Assembly: GCA_030647195.1 (NCBI GenBank)
Contig: JAUSKD010000010.1
Location: forward strand, 197 to 64,196
Direction of reading: 5' to 3'
Source of the DNA: Candidatus Peribacter sp.
GTDB lineage: Bacteria > Patescibacteriota > Gracilibacteria > Peribacterales > Peribacteraceae
DNA: 64,000 nucleotides
Below, piece after piece: positions 54,156 to 63,159 of the stretch. A program made the position numbers and the translations under genes. The first letter of the stretch is position 1, and each line of letters starts with the position of its first letter. The notes beneath the pieces are model-generated. The model did not search any database and was not told the origin of the DNA. It worked only from the letters and a program-made list of their open reading frames with translations.

Positions 54156-54671
54156 TTGAGAAAGATGCTCGTCCTCCTCGGCCTCTGCAGTCTCTGCATA
54201 AGCGGCACGGTGCTCGCGGCACAGAACTGCAGTGAGGTGCAGCAGAAGAGCGGCGGTGCCGCCTTTCAGAAGTGCGTGTACGACGAGCAGGAATCTCGCA
54301 TCAAAGACCAGCTCACCGCGTACAAGAACATGATCGACCGCAACAAGGAATCGGTGAAGGCGCGGTACGATTCCCAGATCAATCAGGAGGACTTTTCGTG
54401 GAAGGATGTGGACCTGAAGATGCAGCTCGAAGAGGCCAGCCGCAAGCTGCGTGTCTCGCAATTGGGCACGACCAAGGAGAATGCGGAGCAGGTGCAGATC
54501 GAGAAGAACCTTCTCACGCGACTGCAGAAAATCCGTTCCCTCACGTCCTCGGTGCACAGCAAAAAAGTGAGCCGCCTGCAGAAGCGCCGCGAGGCGGAAT
54601 TGGCCGATTACGACAATGCCGTCTCGGAATACGAGCTGCAGCTGCGCAGGAAGCAAATGCCGGGGCTCTGA
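54156..54671 (+). CDS. hypothetical secreted coiled-coil protein
   Basis: Signal peptide MRKMLVLLGLCSLCISGTVLAA followed by charged heptad-like sequence. The start is TTG 54156 (9 nt after TACAAA) or ATG 54165. Confidence 0.55.
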   Translation: MRKMLVLLGLCSLCISGTVLAAQNCSEVQQKSGGAAFQKCVYDEQESRIKDQLTAYKNMIDRNKESVKARYDSQINQEDFSWKDVDLKMQLEEASRKLRVSQLGTTKENAEQVQIEKNLLTRLQKIRSLTSSVHSKKVSRLQKRREAELADYDNAVSEYELQLRRKQMPGL

Positions 54672-54774
54672 GGGGCAAATGATTAGGACACACCATTTTC
54701 TCAAGTCCACCAGTGCACCTTGACTGTATCCCGCACGTGGATGACCATATCCCTCCTCCCTTCACCTCTCCCCC

Positions 54775-55188
54775 ATGAAGAAACTCCTCTTTGCAGCCCT
54801 CGGCCTCCTCCCGCTCCTGCTGCTCGCTCCGGCGGCGCATGCACAGAGCTACACCTACGATTGTCTCTGTCTCTACTCCGACCCCAATGGCACCTGCCGG
54901 GAATACACCTGCGATGCCTTTCAAAACAGCCGCCGTTCCTACTACGACAACGATCGTTCCTGCGGCAGCCGGTACGACAACTGCGATTACTATCCAACAA
55001 CCGGTACCGTCTATCGCCAGCGTTACTGGAATTCTTCGAGTCAGTACTACAACAATTACTCGAACCAGCAGTACTACAACAACAGTAACGATTACAACTG
55101 GTACTACAATCGCTATAACACTCAACCGAGCTACTACAACCTTCCGAACTACAACACGTACGGCAACAACTATCCGTATTACTACTGA
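54775..55188 (+). CDS. small secreted protein with 6-Cys head and extreme Asn/Tyr-rich tail
   Basis: Signal peptide MKKLLFAALGLLPLLLLAPAAHA. The tail reads YWNSSSQYYNNYSNQQYYNNSNDYNWYYNRYNTQPSYYNLPNYNTYGNNYPYYY. A clean terminator follows. Confidence 0.65.
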   Translation: MKKLLFAALGLLPLLLLAPAAHAQSYTYDCLCLYSDPNGTCREYTCDAFQNSRRSYYDNDRSCGSRYDNCDYYPTTGTVYRQRYWNSSSQYYNNYSNQQYYNNSNDYNWYYNRYNTQPSYYNLPNYNTYGNNYPYYY

Positions 55189-55213
55189 AGAAGATCTTCA
55201 GGAGGAACGTTTA

Positions 55214-55248
55214 CCCAGCACTCTTGCACAGCAAAAGTGCTGGGTTTT
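55214..55248 (+). terminator. intrinsic terminator
   Basis: CCCAGCACT-13 nt-AGTGCTGGG followed by TTTT. Confidence 0.75.
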
Positions 55249-55254
55249 CGGTAT

Positions 55255-55283
55255 TTGATTAAATCATCATTAAATGTTATAAT
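55255..55283 (+). promoter_or_regulatory. sigma70-like promoter TTGATT-17 nt-TATAAT upstream of pyk
   Basis: TTGATTaaatcatcattaaatgtTATAAT, about 45 nt upstream of ATG 55329. Confidence 0.55.
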
Positions 55284-55328
55284 TACATATTCTTCATTTA
55301 TCCGAAAGATTGCTACCATGCACCTCTG

Positions 55329-56759
55329 ATGACGGAAGAGACACAGAACCCCCGGCTGACGAAAATCGTCTGTACCCTCGGTCCCTCCAGCAGAACAGCG
55401 GAGCAACTGGAGGCACTTGCAAAGGCGGGCATGAACGTCGCGCGCATCAATCTGTCGCACGGCTCGCAAGAGGAACATGGAACAGCCATCGGCATGATTC
55501 AGGCGCTCAATGCCAAAGGTTTCTGCATCGCCACCATGATGGATACGCGCGGAGCGGAAATCCGCACAGGCATCGTGATACAACCCATTCCCATTGCCCT
55601 GGGTCAGGAAATCGTCTTCTCCTCTGATCCACAGCATGTGGATCCCCAGGGCCGCACGGTGATTGAGGTCAACTATGACGGATTCAGCAACGATGTGCGT
55701 GAGACCAACACGATCCTGATCGACAATGGCTCCATCTCGTGCACGATTGTGTCTCTCGAACCGGACGGCAGCGTCGTTGCCCGGGCAAAGGATGCCGGCG
55801 AAATCGGTTCCCGCCGACACATCAACCTGCCGGGGGCGGATATCGACCTGCCTTCGCTCACCAAGAAAGACTGGGATGACATCGCATTCGGCGCAGAACT
55901 GGGTGTCGACTACGTGGCGCTCTCCTTCATCCGAAACGCGGAGGAAATCACGGAGGTACGGACGTTCCTGAAGAAGAAGGGCAGCGACATGAAGATCATC
56001 ACAAAGATCGAAACAAAGCGGGCCGCCGAAGAGAACCTGGCGGAGATTATCGCCGTATCCGACGGGATCATGGTGGCACGCGGCGATCTGGGCACCGATA
56101 TTCCCATCGAGGAGCTCCCCGCCATTCAGGATGAAATCGTCGTGCGCTGCCGCGATGCCGGCAAACCCGTGATCGTCGCCACACACATGCTCGAGAGCAT
56201 GAGCGCCTATCCCCTCCCCACCCGTGCCGAAGTGACCGATGTCGCCCACGCCGCCGTAACGCGGACCGACGCAACGATGCTCTCGGGAGAAACAGCATCG
56301 GGCAAACACCCCGTGAAATGCGTGGAGATGATGGATCGTATCCTCCGGGCCACCGAAGGACACGAAGCGCGGCTGCAGGAACGTCCTGAAGGGGCCGTGC
56401 ACAACGAGCGTGAGGCCCGCGCGGAAGCGGCGGTGACGCTCGCCCATTCCACGGAGGCCAGTGCCATCATCGCCATTACACGATCCGGCCAGACCGCGCG
56501 CGAGATCGCCAAGTTCCGCCCGTGGGTTCCCGTGATAGCCTTTGCGGCCACCCCCTTAGTCCAGCGCAAGCTCAGCCTCAACTTCGGCATCTTCCCGGTG
56601 CTAGCAACGTTCACGGATCCTGACGCAACCATTGAAACCGGCATTGCTGCGGCAAAGAAGGCCGGCCTGCTGAAGAAAGGCATGCGGGTAGTCCTGCTCT
56701 CGGATGCCCCCGCCAAGGGCGGCAACGTCAGCACCGTGCAGATGCGCACGATTGCGTAG
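55329..56759 (+). CDS. pyk: pyruvate kinase
   Basis: TKIVCTLGPSS, GMNVARINLSHG, IITKIETKRA, MVARGDLG, and a C-terminal allosteric domain. Confidence 0.95.
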   Translation: MTEETQNPRLTKIVCTLGPSSRTAEQLEALAKAGMNVARINLSHGSQEEHGTAIGMIQALNAKGFCIATMMDTRGAEIRTGIVIQPIPIALGQEIVFSSDPQHVDPQGRTVIEVNYDGFSNDVRETNTILIDNGSISCTIVSLEPDGSVVARAKDAGEIGSRRHINLPGADIDLPSLTKKDWDDIAFGAELGVDYVALSFIRNAEEITEVRTFLKKKGSDMKIITKIETKRAAEENLAEIIAVSDGIMVARGDLGTDIPIEELPAIQDEIVVRCRDAGKPVIVATHMLESMSAYPLPTRAEVTDVAHAAVTRTDATMLSGETASGKHPVKCVEMMDRILRATEGHEARLQERPEGAVHNEREARAEAAVTLAHSTEASAIIAITRSGQTAREIAKFRPWVPVIAFAATPLVQRKLSLNFGIFPVLATFTDPDATIETGIAAAKKAGLLKKGMRVVLLSDAPAKGGNVSTVQMRTIA

Positions 56760-56820
56760 GAAATAGGATGAGGGTTGAGGTTAGGGATCAGCACTGATCC
56801 TAGCCCTATCCCTATAGCCT
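56758..56820. terminator. imperfect hairpin of GGGAT/AGGG-type short units between convergent pyk and Cys-repeat gene
   Basis: The core ggttagggatcag-c-actgatcctagcc is flanked by ataggatgaggg / ccctatccctat. Confidence 0.4.
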
Positions 56821-56821
56821 G

Positions 56822-58810
56822 TTACTTCCACTTGTGCCACGGCATTTCTAATTCGTCCAGAGGAATATCGTCCAGCGACACCCCGGGACCGGACACCTGC
56901 TTCGAGAAAGAGAAGAGCGACCGCAGATGGCGGCGGAACAGAATGCCAGCCGCAATGATGATCAGAAGCAACGCTGCTCCGACGGCGGAAAGCGCAGTGG
57001 AATACTGCTCGAAGAGAGCAACGGACGTGCACTCGTTCGTGCAACCGCTGCCTCCGTCACACTGTTCGGCAGAATCAACGACATGATCGCCGCAGATCGG
57101 TTTGCTGCACGCAAGTCTGCAGGCATTGGGGAGCGTATCGGAATTCGACAGGCCATCATCACACTCCTCTCCCGGCTGCAGGACGCCATCCCCGCATTTC
57201 TCCAGGCGGCAGGCTGCGCTGCAGCCATCTCCGTCTGCGGCATTGCCGTCATCGCATTGCTCCCCGGCCTCCAGAACATTGTTCCCGCAGGTCGGCAGTC
57301 TGCAGGTGTTCGGACAACTATCGTCATTCACCTGGTTGCCATCGTCACACTGTTCCTTGCCTTCCACCACTCCGTCGCCGCAGGAGGGAAGCTTGCAGCT
57401 GTTGGGACACTCGTCGAACGAATTGCGGTTGCCGTCGTCACATTCCTCGCCCGGCTGCATCACCCCGTCGCCGCAACGGGCCTTCTGACAGGAATTGTTG
57501 CATTGGTCATCCGGGATGCGATTGCCATCGTCGCACTCTTCGCCTGCCTGCGTAACCGCATCCCCGCAGCGGGATTTCTGACAGCCGTTCGTACAGGTGT
57601 CATCGTTGACCTGGTTGCCGTCGTCGCACTCTTCGCCCCGTTGCATCACGCCATCACCGCACTGCGGCAGCGTGCAGCTGTTCGAACAGGTATCGGTGTC
57701 GTTCCGGTTTCCGTCGTCACACTCCTCCGTTCCCTCGCGGATGCCATTGTCACACACCGGCAACCTGCAGTTGTTCGGACAGGGATCCCAGTTGTTGAAA
57801 TTTCCGTCGTCACACTGCTCACGGCCCTCCATGACGCTGTCGCCGCACACCGAGAGCGCGCAGTCATTCGGACAATCATCAAGGTTATTGCGATTTCCGT
57901 CGTCGCACTCTTCGCCGGTCTGCACGACATTATCGCCGCAGCGGGATGCCTTGCATAGATTGCTGCAAGCATCGTCGTTCACGCGATTGCCGTCATCGCA
58001 CTCTTCATTCTGCTGCACGAATCCATCGCCGCACCGTGGACGTGTGCACTGATTCGTGCAGCTGTCCTCCACCACCTGATTGCCGTCATCACACTCCTCC
58101 CCAGTTTCAACCCTGCCATTGCCGCAGAGCGGAGCCGAAGAAGACGATGCCGCATCGGCGGGATGCAGGGCGGCGGAAGACGACGAGGCAGCCGCGCTGC
58201 TCGTGGACTCGCTGGCACTCACACTCTGAATGGAACTGGCGGTCGCCGAAGAGGATGCTTCAATCGAAGATACCTGTGAGGAAGCTGAAGAAGAGACGCT
58301 GGATGAAGACGGGCAGGCCGCTTTGAATTTCCACTGGCATCCGCCTTCGCACAGCCCCTCTGCATCGCAACTGGGCGCTGCGCACGTGCGACCGCACGTA
58401 CTCTCCACATACTGCACTTTCGTCGTGAGCAGATTGGTCTTTGGATCCAGGATATAGACCTCCTGAACGGACGGCTCGCACTCCTCACCCAGATACGGTG
58501 TGATCGTGGCATCGCCGCAGAAGAGCGCCATGCAGGTCATGGAACACGAACTCAAACCGTTGAACCGGCCCAGATCGCACTGTTCGCCCTCCGCCTCCTG
58601 CAGAATACTGTCTCCGCAATGCGGGGGCTTGCTGCGCGCAGAGGAAGACGAACCCGGCCGCACGGGGCATCCCGGCGATCCGTAGGGCAATCCGACGCAT
58701 TCCGATGGCGCGGCATCCTGTGCGCTGCCGGTCGTCCGCAGAGAAAACCCGAGAGAGACCAGTCCCACGAGACACAGCACGACAGCCGGGAGATGTTGTT
58801 TTCTTTGCAT
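56822..58810 (-). CDS. type I membrane protein with about 12 tandem Myxococcus-type cysteine-rich repeats
   Basis: ATG c58810 (MQRKQHLPAVVLCLVGLVSLGFSL is a signal peptide). It has about 12 repeats of about 31 aa each, CGDxVxQxGEECDDGNxxNxDxCxNxCxxxR. It then has one TM segment (ALSAVGAALLLIIIAAGILF) and a cytoplasmic tail of about 45 aa. Confidence 0.85.
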   Translation of the reverse strand: MQRKQHLPAVVLCLVGLVSLGFSLRTTGSAQDAAPSECVGLPYGSPGCPVRPGSSSSARSKPPHCGDSILQEAEGEQCDLGRFNGLSSCSMTCMALFCGDATITPYLGEECEPSVQEVYILDPKTNLLTTKVQYVESTCGRTCAAPSCDAEGLCEGGCQWKFKAACPSSSSVSSSASSQVSSIEASSSATASSIQSVSASESTSSAAASSSSAALHPADAASSSSAPLCGNGRVETGEECDDGNQVVEDSCTNQCTRPRCGDGFVQQNEECDDGNRVNDDACSNLCKASRCGDNVVQTGEECDDGNRNNLDDCPNDCALSVCGDSVMEGREQCDDGNFNNWDPCPNNCRLPVCDNGIREGTEECDDGNRNDTDTCSNSCTLPQCGDGVMQRGEECDDGNQVNDDTCTNGCQKSRCGDAVTQAGEECDDGNRIPDDQCNNSCQKARCGDGVMQPGEECDDGNRNSFDECPNSCKLPSCGDGVVEGKEQCDDGNQVNDDSCPNTCRLPTCGNNVLEAGEQCDDGNAADGDGCSAACRLEKCGDGVLQPGEECDDGLSNSDTLPNACRLACSKPICGDHVVDSAEQCDGGSGCTNECTSVALFEQYSTALSAVGAALLLIIIAAGILFRRHLRSLFSFSKQVSGPGVSLDDIPLDELEMPWHKWK

Positions 58811-58891
58811 GTTTCTAAGTATTCTATCACATTTCGCCCTCCCGCTCACGCCTCAAAAATTGCATAAACATGTAAGATGTTTCCTAATATG

Positions 58892-59194
58892 CTATTTGGT
58901 TTCCTGCTGGTTGGAGGCCACCGTTGTGTCCTCCTGAATGTAGCGGGGGTTCTTGAGCGCCACCATCGCCTGCACAACGGAATCTTCAGACAGCTGATGG
59001 AGGGCCTGGGCCTCGGCCACCTGCATGTTGAGTATTTCCTCCTCCAACAGCAGCTGGGACCGTTCCCGTTCCAGATTCCTGAGCTGGTAGCCCTTCGTGG
59101 CGGTTGCGTTCTGATGAAACAGGATGAAGAGCGCGAGAAGAAAAATGAGCGAACCGATACACACCATCAGCAAAATGGTGCTCTGATTCACCAT
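58892..59194 (-). CDS. ftsL: FtsL-like cell division protein
   Basis: It lies directly downstream of rsmH. It has a single TM segment (ILLMVCIGSLIFLLALFILF) followed by coiled-coil LRNLERERSQLLLEEEILNMQV. The start is uncertain: I chose ATG c59194, while the track's c59365 would overlap rsmH by 80 nt. Confidence 0.6.
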   Translation of the reverse strand: MVNQSTILLMVCIGSLIFLLALFILFHQNATATKGYQLRNLERERSQLLLEEEILNMQVAEAQALHQLSEDSVVQAMVALKNPRYIQEDTTVASNQQETK

Positions 59195-59285
59195 GCGACC
59201 GAGACTTGCGCGGGAGGTGGGGGCCGAGAGGGTTGCGATCGGATCGGGCACGCTGACGAGGGAGTGTAACAGAGAGAGGGAAGAA

Positions 59286-60197
59286 TCACGATAGCGCAGA
59301 GTTTCTTCGCATGATGACACGCAACTTCGCGCTGCGGGAACGGGGATTTCTGTGCTGCTCCTCATCGGAGGGAACCACGGCTTTGCGTGTGAGCAGGCTG
59401 AAGTCCGCAGGATGGAGATCCTGGCCGGTGGCAGAATCTTTCGGGGCGGTGCTCAGCACGCGAAAGACCTGCTTCACCCGCCGATCCTCGAGGGAATGGT
59501 AACTGATCACGCCCATGCGCCCGCCGGGATTGAGCAGCGCGGGACCGGCAGACAGCAGGGCGTCGAGGGCACCCAGTTCGTCATTCACCGCGATGCGCAG
59601 TGCCTGGAACACCTGTGGCATCACCGAGGGGGCCTTCCATCCGAACACCTCTTCAACGGCGTGAACGACGGAGAACGTCGTTGGCATCTCCCCCTCCTTG
59701 AGCTTCTGTGCGAGACGGTGCGCACCCTGCATCTCGCCAAACGCTCTCAGAGCATGCGTGAGATCATGCAGGGAAATCCGCCGGAGCCACTCCGACGCCG
59801 GCAGTCCCTGTGAGCGATCGAACCGCAGATCGAGCGGCACATCCACCCGGAAGGTGAATCCCCTTTCGGGCTCATCCACGTGCGGCGAACTCAGGCCCAG
59901 ATCCGCGAACAGGATGTCCACCTTCGGCAAATCGAGTTGTGCAAGATCACGAAAATTCGCATGCCTGCAATCCGCGTTCCCCGGAAGGGCACGCAACCGT
60001 TCCTGCGCCTGAGCGAGATTTTTCTCATCCGCATCGAGCCCGATGAGGCGGCCATGGGCACCGATCCGCTCCCGAAATTTCATCGCATGTCCCCCGAGTC
60101 CGAGCGTGACATCCAGCACGGTCTCGCCCTCTTTTGAATCGAGGAGAGTGACGACTTCATCGAGCAGAACCGGCGAGTGTTTCGAGGACGCATCCAC
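59286..60197 (-). CDS. rsmH: 16S rRNA (cytosine1402-N4)-methyltransferase
   Basis: HSPVLLDEV, DVTLGLGGHA, DLGLSSPHVD, and ISYHSLEDRRVK. GTG c60197 lies 6 nt after TACACT. No mraZ lies upstream. Confidence 0.9.
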   Translation of the reverse strand: MDASSKHSPVLLDEVVTLLDSKEGETVLDVTLGLGGHAMKFRERIGAHGRLIGLDADEKNLAQAQERLRALPGNADCRHANFRDLAQLDLPKVDILFADLGLSSPHVDEPERGFTFRVDVPLDLRFDRSQGLPASEWLRRISLHDLTHALRAFGEMQGAHRLAQKLKEGEMPTTFSVVHAVEEVFGWKAPSVMPQVFQALRIAVNDELGALDALLSAGPALLNPGGRMGVISYHSLEDRRVKQVFRVLSTAPKDSATGQDLHPADFSLLTRKAVVPSDEEQHRNPRSRSAKLRVIMRRNSALS

Positions 60198-60350
60198 AAG
60201 CGAAGTGTAGTGTTGGCGGTCACTGTTTCAATGGTTTCACCTTGCGTCCTTCGGTGAGAGTTTCAATGTATACAAAATTTATACGTAATTAGACATTTCG
60301 TGATGATAGGCAACGACTGAAACGGCTATTAAACGCTCTATAGTGGTGCA

Positions 60351-60378
60351 TTGACATAACTTAAGAAGTAACTATAAT
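60351..60378 (+). promoter_or_regulatory. consensus sigma70 promoter TTGACA-16 nt-TATAAT
   Basis: TTGACAtaacttaagaagtaacTATAAT, with TTG start 60387 only 8 nt downstream. Confidence 0.7.
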
Positions 60379-60386
60379 ACTTCGCT

Positions 60387-60941
60387 TTGATCCCACTTAT
60401 TCCGATTGCGTTGGGTGTCTCTCTCGCCATGAGCCCGACGTTCCCGGCCCTCGTTCCCTCCTCCATTCCCCAAGCGGAATGGCAGGCGCAACCGGGCGAC
60501 CGGATCGTGGTCGACACGAAGGCAAACGAAGGCTATCTCATCCACCAAGACGGGCGCGCTCTCTCTTTCCCCGTGGCAACGGGCCAGCGCCGATACGTCT
60601 GCTACATCGGCCGCTGCTACAACGCGACGACGCCGGAACGCACTTGGCAGATCCAGAAGAAAGACATCAAGGGCGATCACATCACCTTCGGCCCGAGCGG
60701 AAGGTTTCTGCGCCTGTTCTACAAAGACGAGAGCACGGCCTACGGATTTCACGAGTACGGATTTGAAGACCGGATGTTCGATGATCAACCGCGCTTCAAG
60801 AGCATGGGATGTATCATCGTGAAGAAGGACATGATGGATATCCTCGACAAGACCTTTGCCGTGAACGAGGGGAATGTGAACGTGGTAACGAAGTTCGGGG
60901 TGAGTGAGCCGGATAATCTTGCACTGAAGACAAGCTCTTAA
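60387..60941 (+). CDS. L,D-transpeptidase (YkuD domain)
   Basis: Signal-like N-terminus IPLIPIALGVSLAM. The catalytic region is FHEYGF...FKSMGCIIV (H ... S-x-G-C). The start is TTG 60387, or alternatively ATG 60429. Confidence 0.75.
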   Translation: MIPLIPIALGVSLAMSPTFPALVPSSIPQAEWQAQPGDRIVVDTKANEGYLIHQDGRALSFPVATGQRRYVCYIGRCYNATTPERTWQIQKKDIKGDHITFGPSGRFLRLFYKDESTAYGFHEYGFEDRMFDDQPRFKSMGCIIVKKDMMDILDKTFAVNEGNVNVVTKFGVSEPDNLALKTSS

Positions 60942-60944
60942 GCT

Positions 60945-61036
60945 GGCGGAGAGGGAGGGATTCGAACCCTCGATACGGTTTTACCCGTATACCACATTAG
61001 CAGTGTGGTGCTTTCGGCCGCTCAGCCACCTCTCCA
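60945..61036 (-). tRNA. tRNA-Ser (anticodon GCU), long variable arm, CCA encoded
   Basis: Reverse complement is GGAGAGGUGGCUGAGCGGCCGAAAGCACCACACUGCUAAUGUGGUAUACGGGUAAAACCGUAUCGAGGGUUCGAAUCCCUCCCUCUCCGCCA, with anticodon loop CUGCUAA. Confidence 0.9.
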
Positions 61037-61131
61037 CGCAGCCGCAGTATACGAGGTCACCAGAGGAGATGCCACACATTCGGCTGAGGATTGGACGTGC
61101 TATCATGCGTCCTCTTCCCCCCCCTCCTCCC

Positions 61132-61524
61132 ATGAAAGGCTTTGTCACCAATATCGAAGAAGCTGCCAAACAAAATAACAACTTTCGCAAAGTACTCTAC
61201 ACGGCCCGCCACAGTCAGCTGGTCGTGATGAGCATTCCACCGGGAGAGGACATCGGCATGGAAGTCCATACACTGGACCAGTTCATCCGCGTCGAACAGG
61301 GTTCGGGCAAGGCCATTCTGGATGGCGTGGAACATGCGATCGAGACGGAATTTGCCGTGGTCGTTCCCGCCGGCGCGAACCACAACATCATCAATACCGG
61401 CAAGACGGATATGAAACTCTACACGCTCTACTCCCCTCCCGAGCACCGTGACGGCGTCGTGCGACGCACGAAGGCCGAAGCGGAAGCCGAGGAGGAACAC
61501 TTCGATGGCAAGACGACAGAATGA
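61132..61524 (+). CDS. cupin domain protein
   Basis: GEDIGMEVHTLDQFIRVEQGSGKAILDG...VVVPAGANHNIINTG matches the two cupin motifs. ATG 61132 chosen because the track's upstream extension overlaps tRNA-Ser. Confidence 0.75.
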   Translation: MKGFVTNIEEAAKQNNNFRKVLYTARHSQLVVMSIPPGEDIGMEVHTLDQFIRVEQGSGKAILDGVEHAIETEFAVVVPAGANHNIINTGKTDMKLYTLYSPPEHRDGVVRRTKAEAEAEEEHFDGKTTE

Positions 61525-61567
61525 GGGGTTCTGATCATTTTGCTCTGCTGTGCTACAGTGCCGGTGT

Positions 61568-62440
61568 ATGCCAACCGTGCTCGGAATCGATCTCGGCGGA
61601 ACAAAACTGGCCATTGCACGCTTCGCATCGGCAACCTGGAAGAAACAGGGCGAGCGCGTTCTTCCGACTGCGGGAAAAACCTTTCCGGTGATCGTCGAAG
61701 AAATGCTCTCCCTCATTCAAGAATTCCGCACGGATGACACCACGGCGATCGGCATCGGCATACCTGGCCTGATTGAGAAAGACAGCGGAGAGATCCGTGC
61801 GGTTCCCAACATCCCCGAGGGGAACGGCTTCCCTCTGCTCGCCACTCTCAAGAACGCAACGAAGCTCCCCGTGTTCCTCGAGAATGATTCCGCCTGCTTC
61901 GCGCTTGCCGAGGCGCTGCAGGGAGCGGGAAAAGGCCAGAACGTCGTCGTCGGCATCACCATGGGTACGGGCGTGGGTGGAGGCATAGTGGTGGACGGAA
62001 CAATCTTTCGGGGACAACACGGGTGCGCTGCGGAGTTCGGACACATGCTCTTGAAACCCGGCGAGTCGCCCACCAGCGAGGGAGCCGGAAGGGGGGAAAT
62101 TGAGGAATACCTTTCGGGCACTGCCCTTCTCAGGCGCTGCCCCGCCGCAAAGCGCCCGGAAGACCTTCTCTCGGGACCAGCATGCACGCACCTGCACGCA
62201 TTCTTCATCCGGGAGGTCGCATGGGCATGCTGCAGCCTTGCGCATTGCATCGATCCCGGCATCATCGTCTTCGGCGGCGGCGCAGGACATGCACTCAAGC
62301 CTCACCTGCCGGCGATCGAAAAAGAATTGAAGCGCTGGATGCTGCCAGAGAGCCCCCTTCCGAAACTCGCCATCGGGACATTGGAGCACGCGGGAACGCT
62401 GGGTGCGGCGTTATTAACGAGGGATATGGGATCAGTATGA
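61568..62440 (+). CDS. glk: ROK family glucokinase
   Basis: VLGIDLGGTKLAIARF, GIGIPGLI, ENDSACFALAE, GITMGTGVGGGIV, and GCAAEFGH. ATG 61568 lies 8 nt after TACAGT. Confidence 0.8.
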   Translation: MPTVLGIDLGGTKLAIARFASATWKKQGERVLPTAGKTFPVIVEEMLSLIQEFRTDDTTAIGIGIPGLIEKDSGEIRAVPNIPEGNGFPLLATLKNATKLPVFLENDSACFALAEALQGAGKGQNVVVGITMGTGVGGGIVVDGTIFRGQHGCAAEFGHMLLKPGESPTSEGAGRGEIEEYLSGTALLRRCPAAKRPEDLLSGPACTHLHAFFIREVAWACCSLAHCIDPGIIVFGGGAGHALKPHLPAIEKELKRWMLPESPLPKLAIGTLEHAGTLGAALLTRDMGSV

Positions 62441-62500
62441 AGGGATATGGGAACCAATTTCCCTGATCCCATACTACTTTCCCCTTACCCCATATTTCTC
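62421..62500. terminator. imperfect hairpin of GGGATATG-type units between convergent glk and tal
   Basis: Sequence is gggatatgggatcag...gggatatgggaaccaatttccctgatcccata...ccccatat. It overlaps both stop codons. Confidence 0.4.
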
Positions 62501-63124
62501 CCAGTCATCCATAAACTTCTTCAGTCCCGCATCCGTCAGCGGATGGAGCGGGAGCTCTTTGAAGACCGCGTACGGAATCGTGGCAATGTGCGCGCCGAGG
62601 ACCGCTGAACGGAGGATGTGTTCCGGCTTTCTGGTAGAAGCCACTAATACTTCTGTCGGGAACCGGTAGTGTTCCCAGGCCTTCATGATGTCCGCGATGA
62701 GCAGCATGCCATCACCGCCGGCATCATCAATGCGCCCGACGAAGGGACTGATGATCGACGCCCCGGCCTTGGCAGCCAGCACCGCCTGTGGAACGGAGAA
62801 GACTAAGGTGCAATTGGTCCTGATCCCCTTCTCTTTGCAGAATCGCAGTGCCTTGAGTCCCTCCACCGTCATCGGAACCTTCACAACGACATGCTTGTGC
62901 CACTTGCTGTATTCCACCGCCTGTTTCTTCATCCCTTCCGCATCGGTGGCCGTAACTTGCGCAGAGACGCATGGAACGAGCGCGCACATCGCCATCACCG
63001 TCTCTTTGAAGTCTTTGCCCTCTTTGGCGACAAGCGACGGATTGGTGGTGACGCCATCGAGGACGCCCCAAGAGGCAATCTCGGCAACCTGATCAACGTT
63101 CGCGGTATCGAGGAAGAGCTTCAT
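62474..63124 (-). CDS. tal: small transaldolase / fructose-6-phosphate aldolase family enzyme
   Basis: MKLFLDTANVDQV, GVTTNPSL, VVVKVPMT (Schiff-base Lys), and ISPFVGRIDD. Confidence 0.9.
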   Translation of the reverse strand: MKLFLDTANVDQVAEIASWGVLDGVTTNPSLVAKEGKDFKETVMAMCALVPCVSAQVTATDAEGMKKQAVEYSKWHKHVVVKVPMTVEGLKALRFCKEKGIRTNCTLVFSVPQAVLAAKAGASIISPFVGRIDDAGGDGMLLIADIMKAWEHYRFPTEVLVASTRKPEHILRSAVLGAHIATIPYAVFKELPLHPLTDAGLKKFMDDWEKYGVRGK

Positions 63125-63159
63125 GACGACACTATACGCGATCAGACACGCGGAGGGAA

